DNA from: Pyrinomonadaceae bacterium
GTDB lineage: Bacteria; Acidobacteriota; Blastocatellia; Pyrinomonadales; Pyrinomonadaceae
Assembly: GCA_040510435.1 (NCBI GenBank)
Contig: JBEVJD010000356.1
Span: 1,026 to 65,025, forward strand
DNA: 64,000 nucleotides
Direction of reading: 5' to 3'
Positions 1 through 9,098 of this stretch are shown here, in pieces. A program made the translations under genes and the position numbers. Position 1 is the stretch's first letter; the number at the start of each line of letters is the position of its first letter. A model generated the notes under the pieces. That model searched no databases. It was not told the origin of the DNA and saw only the letters and a list, made by a program, of their open reading frames with translations.

Positions 1-1
1 C

Positions 2-820
2 TCGGCCTCGTTCCAGATCATCTACCACTTCCTCTTCGTCCAAGCCCCCGACAAGCCCTACCTGTTCTCGACGACGCTCCAGTGGATCATCTACAACTCG
101 TCCGAGAATTACGGCATCTACGGCCTGCTGCTCCTGCTCAACCAGCTCTTCCGCTACTACCGCCGCTTCCGCGAGGGCGAGCTGCGCACGTCGCGCCTCC
201 AGACGCAGTTGACGCGCGCGCAGCTCGAAGCCCTCAAGATGCAGCTCCAGCCGCACTTCCTCTTCAACACGCTCCACTCCATCTCGGCCCTGCTGCACCG
301 CGACCCGGACGCGGCCGACCGCATGATCGCCCGCCTCGGCGACTTCCTGCGCCTGACGCTGGAGAACTCCGGCGCGCAGGTGGTCTCGCTCCAGAAGGAG
401 CTTGAATTCCTGACCTGCTACCTCGAAATCGAGCGCGTGCGCTTCCAGGATCGACTGACGACGAGCGTCGAGGTCGAGCCGGCAGCGCTCGACGCGCCCG
501 TCCCCAACCTCATCCTTCAGCCCATCGTCGAGAACGCCCTCCGCCACGGCATCGCCCAGACGCGCGGGCCCGGCCGCGTCGAGATTTCCGCGAAACGCGA
601 GAACGGCTCCCTGCGTATACGCGTGCGGGACAACGGGCCAGGGCTCGCGGCCATCACAAGGTCGGACGACGGGTTGAAGGAGGGTGTCGGGCTCTCGAAC
701 ACGCGCGCGCGGTTGGAGCAGCTCTACGGCGACGCGCACCGCTTCGATCTCGAAAACGCGCCCGGCGGCGGCCTCCTCGTCACGATGGAGATACCGGCCG
801 CCGAGGGCACCCCCGCCTGA
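2..820 (+). CDS. Sensor histidine kinase, LytS/YehU type (5' end outside window)
   Basis: Frame is open from the window edge. LQPHFLFNTLHSISALL (His_kinase-type region) is followed by HATPase_c motifs IVENALRHG, VRDNGPGL, GVGLSNTRARL. A LytTR regulator follows. Confidence 0.9.
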   Translation, partial: SASFQIIYHFLFVQAPDKPYLFSTTLQWIIYNSSENYGIYGLLLLLNQLFRYYRRFREGELRTSRLQTQLTRAQLEALKMQLQPHFLFNTLHSISALLHRDPDAADRMIARLGDFLRLTLENSGAQVVSLQKELEFLTCYLEIERVRFQDRLTTSVEVEPAALDAPVPNLILQPIVENALRHGIAQTRGPGRVEISAKRENGSLRIRVRDNGPGLAAITRSDDGLKEGVGLSNTRARLEQLYGDAHRFDLENAPGGGLLVTMEIPAAEGTPA

Positions 821-914
821 TTTTTGGAACCCTTCTCACGTCCCCTCGTAACCTTTACTGAAACCTGAAGTCGTTTTTTGTCACAAACAGGTTCAGTGCG
901 GTGTTTTCTGTTCG

Positions 915-1020
915 GTAAATCGTGAATCGTACAGTCGTAGCCCGTCCCGCTTTTCCACGGACTACGCTTTACTTCAGGCACGCCGGCACGCCGCTTCACG
1001 GTTTACGATTCACAGTTCAC
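915..1020. repeat. Degenerate heptamer-arm hairpin between the kinase and regulator genes
   Basis: gtgaatcgta (922-931) pairs with tacgattcac (1004-1013). An inner pair is cgtagcccgt (936-945) / acggactacg (957-966). The right arm reads ttcacgg tttacga ttcacag ttcacaa (period 7). Confidence 0.5.
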
Positions 1021-1028
1021 AAAAAATT

Positions 1029-1814
1029 ATGACGGAAGCCGCACAGGCGCCCATCCGCGTGCTCGTCGTGGACGACGAGCCGCTCGCGCGCGAGAAGATT
1101 CGCGGCATGGCAGCCGACGACCCCGACCTGCGCGTCGTCGGCGAGTGCACGAACGGCGCCGAGGCCATCGAGGCCGTCCAGACGCTCAAGCCCGACCTGC
1201 TCCTGCTCGACGTGCAGATGCCCGAGGTCGGCGGTTTTGCCGTGCTCGAAGCCCTGAAGGACGACGGGCTGCCCCCCGTCATCTTCATCACGGCCTACGA
1301 CCACTACGCCGTGCGCGCCTTCGAGTTCCACGCGCTCGACTACCTGCTCAAGCCCTTCGACCGCGAGCGCTTCCGCGCCGCGATGGAGCGGGCCAAGCGG
1401 CACATCAGGCGCGACAACGGCGGGGCGCTCGACGAGCGCATCATCGCGCTCCTGGAGCAGATGCGCGGGCAGCAGCGCTACAGCGAGCGGCTGGTGGTCA
1501 AGACCGGCGGCCGCGTCTTCTTCCTCAACACCGACGAGATCGACTGGATCGAGGCCGAGGGCAACTACGTCTCCATCCACACGGGCAAGAAGTCGTACCT
1601 GCTGCGCGAGACCATCTCAAGCCTTGAGTCGCAGCTCGACCCGAAGGACTTCGTCCGCATCCACCGCTCGGCGATTGCGAACATCAACCGCATCAAGGAG
1701 CTTCAGCCCTGGTCGCACGGCGAGTACCACGTCATCCTCCACGACGGGACGCAGTTGACCCTCTCGCGCAGCTACCGCGAGAAGCTCCAGGCCGCGCTCG
1801 GCAACAGTCTGTGA
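1029..1814 (+). CDS. LytTR-family response regulator (receiver + LytTR DNA-binding domain)
   Basis: Receiver motifs VLVVDDEPLAR and DLLLLDVQMPE. C-terminal LytTR-like segment FFLNTDEIDWIEAEGNYV...RIHRSAIANINRI. Confidence 0.92.
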   Translation: MTEAAQAPIRVLVVDDEPLAREKIRGMAADDPDLRVVGECTNGAEAIEAVQTLKPDLLLLDVQMPEVGGFAVLEALKDDGLPPVIFITAYDHYAVRAFEFHALDYLLKPFDRERFRAAMERAKRHIRRDNGGALDERIIALLEQMRGQQRYSERLVVKTGGRVFFLNTDEIDWIEAEGNYVSIHTGKKSYLLRETISSLESQLDPKDFVRIHRSAIANINRIKELQPWSHGEYHVILHDGTQLTLSRSYREKLQAALGNSL

Positions 1815-1837
1815 CGTGGTCGAAAACGGACGAGCGG

Positions 1838-1879
1838 GCGGCGAGTCCAGTTCATCACGCGGCGAGTCCAGTTCATCAC
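1838..1879 (+). promoter_or_regulatory. Perfect 21-bp tandem direct repeat, candidate LytTR binding site
   Basis: gcggcgagtccagttcatcac occurs at 1838-1858 and again, identical, at 1859-1879. The core ccagttcat resembles the AgrA-type 9-mer, and the 21-bp phasing matches known LytTR sites (9-bp repeats, 12-bp spacer). It lies 24 nt downstream of the regulator gene and upstream of the Fis-like gene. Confidence 0.55.
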
Positions 1880-1886
1880 AAAAGCC

Positions 1887-1915
1887 TTCGCGAACGGCCA
1901 ACTGCTCTTTAGAAT
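1887..1915 (+). promoter_or_regulatory. Candidate activator-dependent promoter for the Fis-like gene
   Basis: -10-like tagaat at 1910-1915 with a poor -35 (ttcgcg, 1887-1892) directly after the direct repeats. A second tagaat lies at 1969-1974. Confidence 0.3.
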
Positions 1916-2025
1916 CCCCCTCGACACGGCAGCCCCGCGGCCGCCTGCGCCTTGGGCGCCCGGCGCCTTAGAATGGGTGGAGTCCCGGCCCCGCCCGACC
2001 TTACCCGAAGGGAGTTCTACCGAAC

Positions 2026-2412
2026 ATGCTGGAACAGAGACATTACGCGTTCAATCGGCCGGCCGAGCAGCCCGAGCCCGCCCCCGCCGCCCCGCCCGAA
2101 CAGGGCGCGGCCGTCAGACTCAAGACCTTGAGGGAGTTGGCGCTTGCGCTCCTCCAGGAGGTCGATTCGATCAAGGGCAGCGGCTCGCTCGAAGCGAAGC
2201 CGAGCGTTGACTTCTCGGAGGAGGTGCGCCGCTTCGAGACCGACCTCATCCGCTGGGCGCTGATGCGCACGGGCGGCCACCAGCGCCGCGCCGCGCGCAT
2301 GCTCAACCTCAAAGTCACCACCCTCAACGCCAAGATCAAGCGCTACCGCATCCAGCCGCACGCCACCCCCGCCACCACCGGCAACGTCGTCGGCCTCTAC
2401 CGCGAGGAGTAG
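2026..2412 (+). CDS. Small Fis-family (HTH_8) DNA-binding protein
   Basis: C-terminal FETDLIRWALMRTGGHQRRAARMLNLKVTTLNAKIKRY is a typical Fis/NtrC-type helix-turn-helix. Confidence 0.75.
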   Translation: MLEQRHYAFNRPAEQPEPAPAAPPEQGAAVRLKTLRELALALLQEVDSIKGSGSLEAKPSVDFSEEVRRFETDLIRWALMRTGGHQRRAARMLNLKVTTLNAKIKRYRIQPHATPATTGNVVGLYREE

Positions 2413-2418
2413 GGGAGG

Positions 2419-2541
2419 AAGTAGTCAGTAGTCAGTAGTCAGTAGAAGAAAACACAGGCGGCGCGCCTCAACCTTCAGGTCGGGCGCGCCGCCTCGTCTT
2501 TCCTACCGGCTACTGACTACTGTCTCCTGTCTACTCTACTT
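2419..2541. repeat. Heptamer-arm hairpin (GTAGTCA family) with conserved inner GC hairpin
   Basis: Left arm aagtagtcagtagtcagtagtcagtag (2419-2445). Right arm ctactgactactgtctcctgtctactctactt (2510-2541). Inner hairpin aggcggcgcgcc...ggcgcgccgcct (2456-2494). Confidence 0.85.
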
Positions 2542-2585
2542 CGCCCCTTTTGCCTTTCGACTCCGAGTCGCGTATAGAAAGGCGA

Positions 2586-3521
2586 ATGAAGGTTCGCGTC
2601 GTCTTCGTGATTCTGTGCTGCATCTGGGGCTCGACCTGGATGTTCATCAAGCTCGGTCTGCGCGACCTCCCGCCGTTGAGTTTCGCGGCCGCGCGCTTCC
2701 TCTTAGCCACCGCCATTCTGGCCGCCGTCGTCGCCGCGCGGCGCGCGCGCCTGCCGAAGGGTCGCGCCGAGTGGATGCTCCTCGCGCAGACGGGCGTGCT
2801 GGCCTTCGGGCTCAACTACGGGCTGCTCTTCTGGGGCGAGCAGCACATCTCTTCGGGGCTCGCCGCGCTGCTCCAGGCGACCATCCCCGTCTTCGGCATG
2901 CTGCTGGCCCACCCCTACCTGCCGGGCGAGCGCCTGAACGCGCGCAAACTGGCGGGCGCGCTGCTCGGGGTCGTGGGCGTCGGCGTCATCTTCTCGCACC
3001 AGTTGGGCTCGGAAGGCTCGATGGCTTTGTGGGGGAGCGCGGCCGTGGTGTTGGGCGCGGCCTTCGCGGCGTGGGCGAACGTGCTGGTGAAGGCGAGGGG
3101 CATGAGACTCGACGCGTCGGTGCTGTCGGCGGGGCAGATGGCGTGCGGCTTCGTGGCGCTGGCGTCGGCCGCGCTGGTGCTCGAAGGCGACCCGCGGGAG
3201 TTGCGTTGGACGCCGCTGGCGTTGACGTGCCTCCTGTACCTGACGCTGGTCGGGTCGGTGGCGGCGTTCCTGCTCTTCTACTGGCTGGTGCGCCACGTGG
3301 ACGTGACGAAGACGATGCTGATAGCGCTGGTGACGCCGCTGGCGGCGGTGCTGCTCGGCGTCATCGCGCTCGGCGAGGAGATGTCCTGGAGGACGGTGGC
3401 GGGCGGCGCCGTCATCCTGTCCGGCGTCGCGCTGGTCGTGCTGCGCCGCGCGCCGAAAGCCTCGCCGGTCGCCCCCGAAGGGCTCGCGCCCGAGGCCGAG
3501 GCGGCGGCCGGCGAGACGTAG
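2586..3521 (+). CDS. EamA/DMT-family transporter
   Basis: About 10 hydrophobic segments in a two-fold EamA-like layout (IWGSTWMFIK...). The ATG at 2586 is preferred over the TTG at 2550. Confidence 0.85.
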   Translation: MKVRVVFVILCCIWGSTWMFIKLGLRDLPPLSFAAARFLLATAILAAVVAARRARLPKGRAEWMLLAQTGVLAFGLNYGLLFWGEQHISSGLAALLQATIPVFGMLLAHPYLPGERLNARKLAGALLGVVGVGVIFSHQLGSEGSMALWGSAAVVLGAAFAAWANVLVKARGMRLDASVLSAGQMACGFVALASAALVLEGDPRELRWTPLALTCLLYLTLVGSVAAFLLFYWLVRHVDVTKTMLIALVTPLAAVLLGVIALGEEMSWRTVAGGAVILSGVALVVLRRAPKASPVAPEGLAPEAEAAAGET

Positions 3522-3555
3522 AGAGTTCGTCAAGAAGTGAACGACTCGCAAAGAG

Positions 3556-3592
3556 AAGGGCTCGCGGGAGGTTAATCCCGCGAGCCCTTTTT
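3556..3592 (+). terminator. Rho-independent terminator between convergent genes
   Basis: Stem aagggctcgcggga (3556-3569) / tcccgcgagccctt (3576-3589), followed by a T-run. Confidence 0.7.
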
Positions 3593-3620
3593 GTAAGTCC
3601 GCGCCGGCGGCGGGCGTGCC

Positions 3621-6600
3621 TTACGGCAGCGCCTCGACGTTGACGAAGAACTTGAACGTGCCCGTCTGCTGGATGCCCAGCAGGAACTGGACGTTGATCT
3701 GGCCGCCGTTCGCCAGCGGCGTCGCCAGCGTCACCGTGCCCACCGAGAGCGACGTGTTGAAGGCGCCGCCGTTGGGCTGGTTGGGCGGCACTTCCATCTC
3801 CGTCTGCTGCACCGGGCAGGTGCCGGCCGGGCAGGCCGGGTTTATCCCCGTGATCGTCACGAAGTCCGGGACGAGCGGGGTGGCGCTCGACGAGCGCGTG
3901 CGCAGGTCGGCGAAGCCGGCCGGGGCCGGGAACGTCGTCTGGTCGATGACGCGGAAGCGCAGCCGCGTGACGGGCGCCCCCGTGTTGTTCGTGATCGTCT
4001 TGCGGATCAGGAGCGTGCCGAAGGTCGAGTTGTTCGCCGGGTCGGAGGTGAAATTGCGCACGCGATTCGGCGGGCTGGAAGTGCCGACCCCGGGGTCGAG
4101 GTTGCCGCCCGGGAACTGTGTGTTGCGCTGGATGGGGCTCGAAAGGTTCTCGGGCCCCGGCGCGCCGAGGCGCTGCCCCGCGCCCGCGCTCGTCCCGTTC
4201 GTGTCCACGAAGACGAAGTCAGCCGCGTTGTCGCCCGTGTCCTTCGGGAAGCCGCCGGTCGGGCACGGGCCGAGCGTCGTGATCGAACCGCCCTTGCCGC
4301 AGAGGTCGCGGTAGAAGCTGTGGTCGATGAGGAACTGCACGGTCGCCGGGTAGCCCCCACCCTCCTTGTAGAGCGTGTTGGCCTCGGACGTGGAGCCGAC
4401 CGCGTCGAGCCGCGTCGCGAGCGAGAAGTTGGCCGCGGTCGCCGTGCTGAAGAGCGCGATGCCCGTGTTGTTCGGGATGTTGGTCGTGTAGGTCGCGTCG
4501 CCGGTGGCGGTCGTGCCGTTGCCCGCCGGGTACGTCGCGAGCGAGTAGCCGGCCGAGTTGACGCAGAGGTAGTGGCCGCGCGCCGGGATGGTCGTCCCCG
4601 CGGGGATGGTGCAGCGGATGACACCGTCCGAGGCCGCGACCGCGTAGCCCGCCGAGCCGTCGGTCGTCGTCACGGTCAGCGGCGAGTCGTTGTTATTGTA
4701 AATCTCGATGAACTCGTCGTTGTTCGGCTCGGGGGCGGGCGTGCCCGCCGGGCCGTTGGGGCCGTGCGTCCGGAATTCCGAGATGAGCAGGTCGCCCGAG
4801 CCGGCCGGAGCCGTGACCTTCGCCCACCAGGTGCCCCAGCGCGAGTCGTTCGAGCCCTGCCCCGTCGCGCCGACGCGCGGCTGTGCGTACTCCTCAATCG
4901 TCCACAGGTCGCGGTCGTTCACGGGGTCGACGACCGTGTGGCTGTAGTCGCCCCACCTGTTCCTCGTCCCCGAAAACGTCTTCTGGTAGTAGTCCTCGCC
5001 CTCCTTGTAGATGACGGGGTCGCGCATCGTGCCCGCGGCGTCGGTGCCGACGCGGTAGGTGTAGCCCGCGTCAACGTAGTCGTCCGACTCGAACTCGGAG
5101 AAGCCGAGCAGGATGTCGTTGTTCTTGTTGACCGAGAGCGAGGGGTAGGAGTAGTGCTTGCCGCCGTTGAAGATCTGCGCCGTCGCGTCCTCGACGCGCC
5201 CGCCCGTGTTGAAGGTGCCGTCGGGGTTGAGCCCCGTCCACTGCACGGCGAAGCGCGAGGCGACCGTCAGGCCCCCCGCCGGGAGCGCGATGGCCTGCGG
5301 GTAGTAGATGAGCCCGTTGCGGAAGACGGCGTTCGAGCGGATGAAGGAGTCGGACGCTTCGAGCCCGCGCGGCGTGGCCGGGCAGGTCTGCGTCGGGATG
5401 GAGACGCCGGGGACGCACTGCTGCGGCAGGTTGTCGCCGCCGGGCTGCGTCCAACCGCCGCCCGGCCGCACGCGCGCCACCGCGTCGAGCGTGAACGTGG
5501 CCGCGGCGGGCGTGCCCGTGATTCTGTGCAGGCGGTAGAGCGCGCCGCCGCTCTGCTGGTGCGTCGGCACGTAGAGCGTCGCCTCGGTCGCGGAGAAGGT
5601 CGTCACCGGGTGCATGCAGAAGCCGGTGGCGGCGGAGGCGTTCGTAAAGATGGTGCCGGCGGCCGTGCCCGCGCGCGCCGTCGGGTAGTCGAGGACGAGC
5701 ATCTTGCCGCCGACGAAGGCGCTGGTGTTGATGGTGAACTGGTTCCAGCCGATGGCGATCCAGTTCGCGTTGAAGCCGAGCATCGGGAAGTCGGCCCACT
5801 CGCCCTGCGCGTTGCAGCCCGCGGCGCCGGGCGCGCAGCCGACGATGAGGCGGTAGAGCGTGTAGGTGCCCTGCGGGTCGGAGGTGTCCGAGATGCCGAC
5901 CAGCACGGACGAGTTGGCGGTCTGCGCGCCCGCGACGGCCGAGAGCAGCCAGCGCCCCTGGTACGGGTCGTACTGGACGCGCGGGTCGAAGACGCCGGTC
6001 GCGCCCGTCGAGGCCCAGAACGTGTCGATGGAGACGGTCGAGAGCGCCGCTCCCGTCGTCTTGTCGTGGACGCGGTAGTTGTTGTTGACGTTGGTGAAGA
6101 CCTTGTCGATGCCGACGGCGCCCATCGTGTCGGGCGGGATGGTGAAGGTGCCGGTGCCGACCTTCGCCGCGTCCTCCTGCGCCAGGAAGTTCTGCGACGG
6201 CGACGGCGACGGGACGAGCGGGCCGCCCGTGTCGGACTCAAGCACCGGGCCCGGGCTGCCCAGGGTGTCGCCGCCCTCGCCGGCCTCGCCCGCGGCCGGC
6301 GCGCCTGTCCCGTCCTCCTGAATGGTCATCGGCGCCGGGAGCACGCGCAGCGTCTGGGTGCTCAGCGTGACAGTCCGCGCACGCTTGGCCGCATCGCTCA
6401 ACTGCTTGAGGTTGATTCTCGTCGCCGTGACCGATTCGACGCGCTTGGAGGTCACGGCGGGCGGGTCTTCGGCCGCGGTGGTCTGCACCGGGCCGCGTGT
6501 CGTCACGGGGGCCTGCGGCTTGATCTTGACGGTGGTGGCGCGTTGCGCGCCCACGCGCGCGACGCCGACGAGCAGCGCCGGGATTACGAGCGCCAAGAGC

Positions 6601-6695
6601 AGCAGTGCGAGAAGGCCCAGCCTGCCGGCGGCGGTGTCCATGCCTACTTTGCGCCGCGCGCCCGCGCGGCCGGCTCTGGAACTATTACTACTCAT
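3621..6695 (-). CDS. Large membrane-anchored/secreted protein with a lamin-tail-domain-like segment
   Basis: 1024-aa ORF with AAGGAG upstream and an N-terminal TM (LGLLALLLLALVIPALLVGV). WGDY-type propeller-like middle region. LISEFRTHGP...NDEFIEIYNN resembles an LTD. Confidence 0.8.
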   Translation of the reverse strand: MSSNSSRAGRAGARRKVGMDTAAGRLGLLALLLLALVIPALLVGVARVGAQRATTVKIKPQAPVTTRGPVQTTAAEDPPAVTSKRVESVTATRINLKQLSDAAKRARTVTLSTQTLRVLPAPMTIQEDGTGAPAAGEAGEGGDTLGSPGPVLESDTGGPLVPSPSPSQNFLAQEDAAKVGTGTFTIPPDTMGAVGIDKVFTNVNNNYRVHDKTTGAALSTVSIDTFWASTGATGVFDPRVQYDPYQGRWLLSAVAGAQTANSSVLVGISDTSDPQGTYTLYRLIVGCAPGAAGCNAQGEWADFPMLGFNANWIAIGWNQFTINTSAFVGGKMLVLDYPTARAGTAAGTIFTNASAATGFCMHPVTTFSATEATLYVPTHQQSGGALYRLHRITGTPAAATFTLDAVARVRPGGGWTQPGGDNLPQQCVPGVSIPTQTCPATPRGLEASDSFIRSNAVFRNGLIYYPQAIALPAGGLTVASRFAVQWTGLNPDGTFNTGGRVEDATAQIFNGGKHYSYPSLSVNKNNDILLGFSEFESDDYVDAGYTYRVGTDAAGTMRDPVIYKEGEDYYQKTFSGTRNRWGDYSHTVVDPVNDRDLWTIEEYAQPRVGATGQGSNDSRWGTWWAKVTAPAGSGDLLISEFRTHGPNGPAGTPAPEPNNDEFIEIYNNNDSPLTVTTTDGSAGYAVAASDGVIRCTIPAGTTIPARGHYLCVNSAGYSLATYPAGNGTTATGDATYTTNIPNNTGIALFSTATAANFSLATRLDAVGSTSEANTLYKEGGGYPATVQFLIDHSFYRDLCGKGGSITTLGPCPTGGFPKDTGDNAADFVFVDTNGTSAGAGQRLGAPGPENLSSPIQRNTQFPGGNLDPGVGTSSPPNRVRNFTSDPANNSTFGTLLIRKTITNNTGAPVTRLRFRVIDQTTFPAPAGFADLRTRSSSATPLVPDFVTITGINPACPAGTCPVQQTEMEVPPNQPNGGAFNTSLSVGTVTLATPLANGGQINVQFLLGIQQTGTFKFFVNVEALP

Positions 6696-7038
6696 AGTAG
6701 AGGGTGCTCCTTCAAATTCGGGGTCTTAGAGACGATTCGTCCTGTTAACGATGACGTGTTGGGGGTTGGGCGACGCGCCGACGCGCGTGCGCCCCGACAG
6801 TCCGGCGCGCGTGAGTGGGAGAACACGCAACGCCGGGACTCGGATGGCAAATGGACTGAATTGAGAAGTGCGAACTGCCGGCCGCGGCTCCCTTCGAGCC
6901 CCCACAGCACCGCGCGGTCAGTTCGGGACGAGACGTGGCCTCCGGCGGGGGTTACTGCCTGAAGACGTCTTTAGAACGGGGGCTGAATCGAGTGAATAAT
7001 AAACGATGGCGCCGCGGCCCGCAACCACTTTGGCGGGA

Positions 7039-7740
7039 CTACGGCGACGGCTTGGGCGACCCGGCCTGCCCGATGCCGACGGTGCACTCGCCGGTCACCA
7101 GGTCAACGGCGCCGAGGCGAATGACAGGGCTCGGGCCCCCCTTCTTCCTCCGCAACTGGTCGCGCGCCGGCCCGTCCTGCACCTGTAACTGCTCCGCCTC
7201 GCGCTCGGCCTTCTCCCTCTGCGCGCGTTCGGCGGCGCTCTCACGCCGCGGGGGCACGACGGTGTGCGCCGTCAGCAGCAGCGCCGCGTGGCCGTCCGCG
7301 CCGTTCGCGCGGTACTCGACCTGCGGGTCTTTGAAGGAGGAGCCGATGCAGCGCCGCATGAGCGTCTCGGCGCGGCGGCGCGTGATGGTGCGCGTGATGT
7401 CGGAGGTCTGTGGGAGCAAGGTGGCGACCGAGTGCGTGTCCACGCGGCGCGGCCCTTCGGTGTAGAAGCCGACCGAGTCGTTGACGGTCGCCTCGTAGCC
7501 GCCGACCGAGAGCCGCCAGACGACGCGGCGGTCGCCCGGGCGGTCGACGACGCGCGCGATGCGGAAGTGCTGGTCGAAGAAGGCGGCGCTGATGCCGGTC
7601 TCGATGATGGCCGCGCGCGAGCCGGCGACGAGCGCACGCTCGGAGGCGGTCAACTCCTTCGGCGGCGCGGTCTGCGCGCCCGAGCCGGGCGCCGCGGCGA
7701 GGAAGGCCGCGGCGAGGATGAAGGGCAGAAGGGTTCTCAT
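7039..7740 (-). CDS. Hypothetical secreted protein
   Basis: Signal peptide MRTLLPFILAAAFLAAAPGSGAQ. GC3-rich coding frame. Confidence 0.7.
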   Translation of the reverse strand: MRTLLPFILAAAFLAAAPGSGAQTAPPKELTASERALVAGSRAAIIETGISAAFFDQHFRIARVVDRPGDRRVVWRLSVGGYEATVNDSVGFYTEGPRRVDTHSVATLLPQTSDITRTITRRRAETLMRRCIGSSFKDPQVEYRANGADGHAALLLTAHTVVPPRRESAAERAQREKAEREAEQLQVQDGPARDQLRRKKGGPSPVIRLGAVDLVTGECTVGIGQAGSPKPSP

Positions 7741-7761
7741 ACTCTCTCTCTCTAACTCTGT

Positions 7762-7841
7762 CAGAACGGCGAGCGGGTCAGTCTTACGCTTTGAAAATTA
7801 TTGGCGTAAGGCTGACCCGCTCGCGACCGCTCGCGTTACTG
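7762..7841. repeat. Hairpin of the GAGCGG-rich family
   Basis: cagaacggcgagcgggtcagtcttacgc (7762-7789) pairs with gcgtaaggctgacccgctcgcgaccgctcgcgttactg (7804-7841). Related copies lie at 34413 and 54137. Confidence 0.8.
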
Positions 7842-7846
7842 TCTCT

Positions 7847-8887
7847 CTACCCGGCGCGGAGCGTCCGGACGATGGCGTCGCGCAGGCGCTGGGGCGCGAC
7901 CTCGGTGTCGCCCTCGCCCTTCTGCGGGTCGCGCCAGTTGTCGAGGATGGCCACCTTGTGCGCGCAGGCGACGGTGCAGAGCGGCGCGCACCACTTCTCG
8001 GTGTTGTACTCGCGCACCACGTCGGCCTTCGTGTACTGCTCGACGGGGACGCCGGGCGTGCCGCGCTGCTGCGAGCAGTAGTGGACTAACCCGTCCTCGC
8101 AGACGTAGAGGTAGCGCGCGCCCGAGCGGCAGCGCCACTTGTTCTCCTTGCCCGCCGCGAGGTTGTCCTGGAACCAGCCGAGGCGCGCGTACTCGGACTT
8201 CGACACGCGCTTCAACTCGTCGTAGACCTCGCGCTCGCGCTCGCCCAAGGGCTTGAGCAGGCCGTGCCCGTCGTGGATGACGCCGACCGTGGTCGAGAAG
8301 CCAAGCTCCTGCGCGCGGCGCGCGATGACGAGCGCGTCGTCGGGGTTCTTGATGCCACCGCCGATGACCGAGTTGATGTTGACGTGGAAGTCGGAGTGCT
8401 CGGCGAGGTTCTGGAGCTTCCGGTCGAGGTTCTTCAGACTCTTCTTCGAGACCTCGTCGGGCGTGACGTTGTCGATGGAGATTTGGAGGTATTCGAGCCC
8501 GGCCTCGTTCAGGCGCCGGATGCGCTCGGGCGTCATGTAGTAGCCGTTCGAGATGAGCCCGGCGATCATGCCGCGGCGGCGGATGTGGCTGATGATCTCG
8601 TCGAGTTCGGGGTGCATCAGGGGCTCGCCGCCCGAGATGGTGATGACCGACGTGCCGAGGCGCGCGAGCGCGTCCAGACGACTCTTCATCGCGTCGAGCG
8701 GGACGGGGTCGGAGGTCTTGTCGAACTCGTTGCAGTAGGTGCAGGCGAGGTTGCAGCGGCGCATGGGGATGATGTGCGCCAAGACCGGGTGGTCTGTGTG
8801 CATCAGCGCGCGGGTGATGAATCTCGCCTCGCGCAGCTTCAACTTCAGAAACGTGCTTCGCTTCATCAAGGCTGTATCTAGTTGCAC
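7847..8887 (-). CDS. Radical SAM protein with Cys-rich C-terminal region
   Basis: [12 protein letters not shown] (CxxxCxxC) and a GGEP-type motif [11 protein letters not shown]. Extra cysteines occur near the C-terminus. The start is uncertain (GTG 8887 or ATG 8866). Confidence 0.85.
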   Translation of the reverse strand: MQLDTALMKRSTFLKLKLREARFITRALMHTDHPVLAHIIPMRRCNLACTYCNEFDKTSDPVPLDAMKSRLDALARLGTSVITISGGEPLMHPELDEIISHIRRRGMIAGLISNGYYMTPERIRRLNEAGLEYLQISIDNVTPDEVSKKSLKNLDRKLQNLAEHSDFHVNINSVIGGGIKNPDDALVIARRAQELGFSTTVGVIHDGHGLLKPLGEREREVYDELKRVSKSEYARLGWFQDNLAAGKENKWRCRSGARYLYVCEDGLVHYCSQQRGTPGVPVEQYTKADVVREYNTEKWCAPLCTVACAHKVAILDNWRDPQKGEGDTEVAPQRLRDAIVRTLRAG

Positions 8888-9013
8888 GCCCGCGCCGTGG
8901 GAGTCACGGCTGGCGCGGGCTCTCCTTCGGGGAAATGACTGCTAGACAATACGCAATGCGGCCGCCCAAATCAAGCGCCCCGGCCGCGCGGCTGCGTACG
9001 GCGCGGCCGGGCG

Positions 9014-9067
9014 TAAAAAAAGGCGAAGGGCTCTGACCACTCACGGCGGGCAGAACCCTTCGCCTTT
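9014..9067 (-). terminator. Rho-independent terminator after the LolA-like gene
   Basis: On the minus strand, stem aaaggcgaaggg / cccttcgccttt (9056-9067 and 9019-9030) is followed by a T-run (the A-run at 9015-9021 on the plus strand). Confidence 0.65.
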
Positions 9068-9098
9068 CAGACTTTCAAACTCGCGGGACTCGCGGGAC

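Noticed and set aside
858-896. A small hairpin, ctgaaacctg...caggttcag, after the histidine kinase stop, considered as a terminator.
   Set aside because: The stem has a bulge and the T-run is inside the loop rather than after the stem. The kinase and regulator are expected to be co-expressed. The evidence is too weak to call.
4320-6962. 880-aa plus-strand ORF antisense to the 1024-aa surface protein. Similar long antisense or alternative-frame ORFs occur at 12445-13890, 28266-30071, 28867-31146, 47395-49179, 49183-51165 and 60061-61569.
   Set aside because: Their Arg/Gly/Ala/Asp-rich translations lack motifs and are typical shadow ORFs of GC-rich DNA. The opposite or alternative frame in each case has clear domain motifs.
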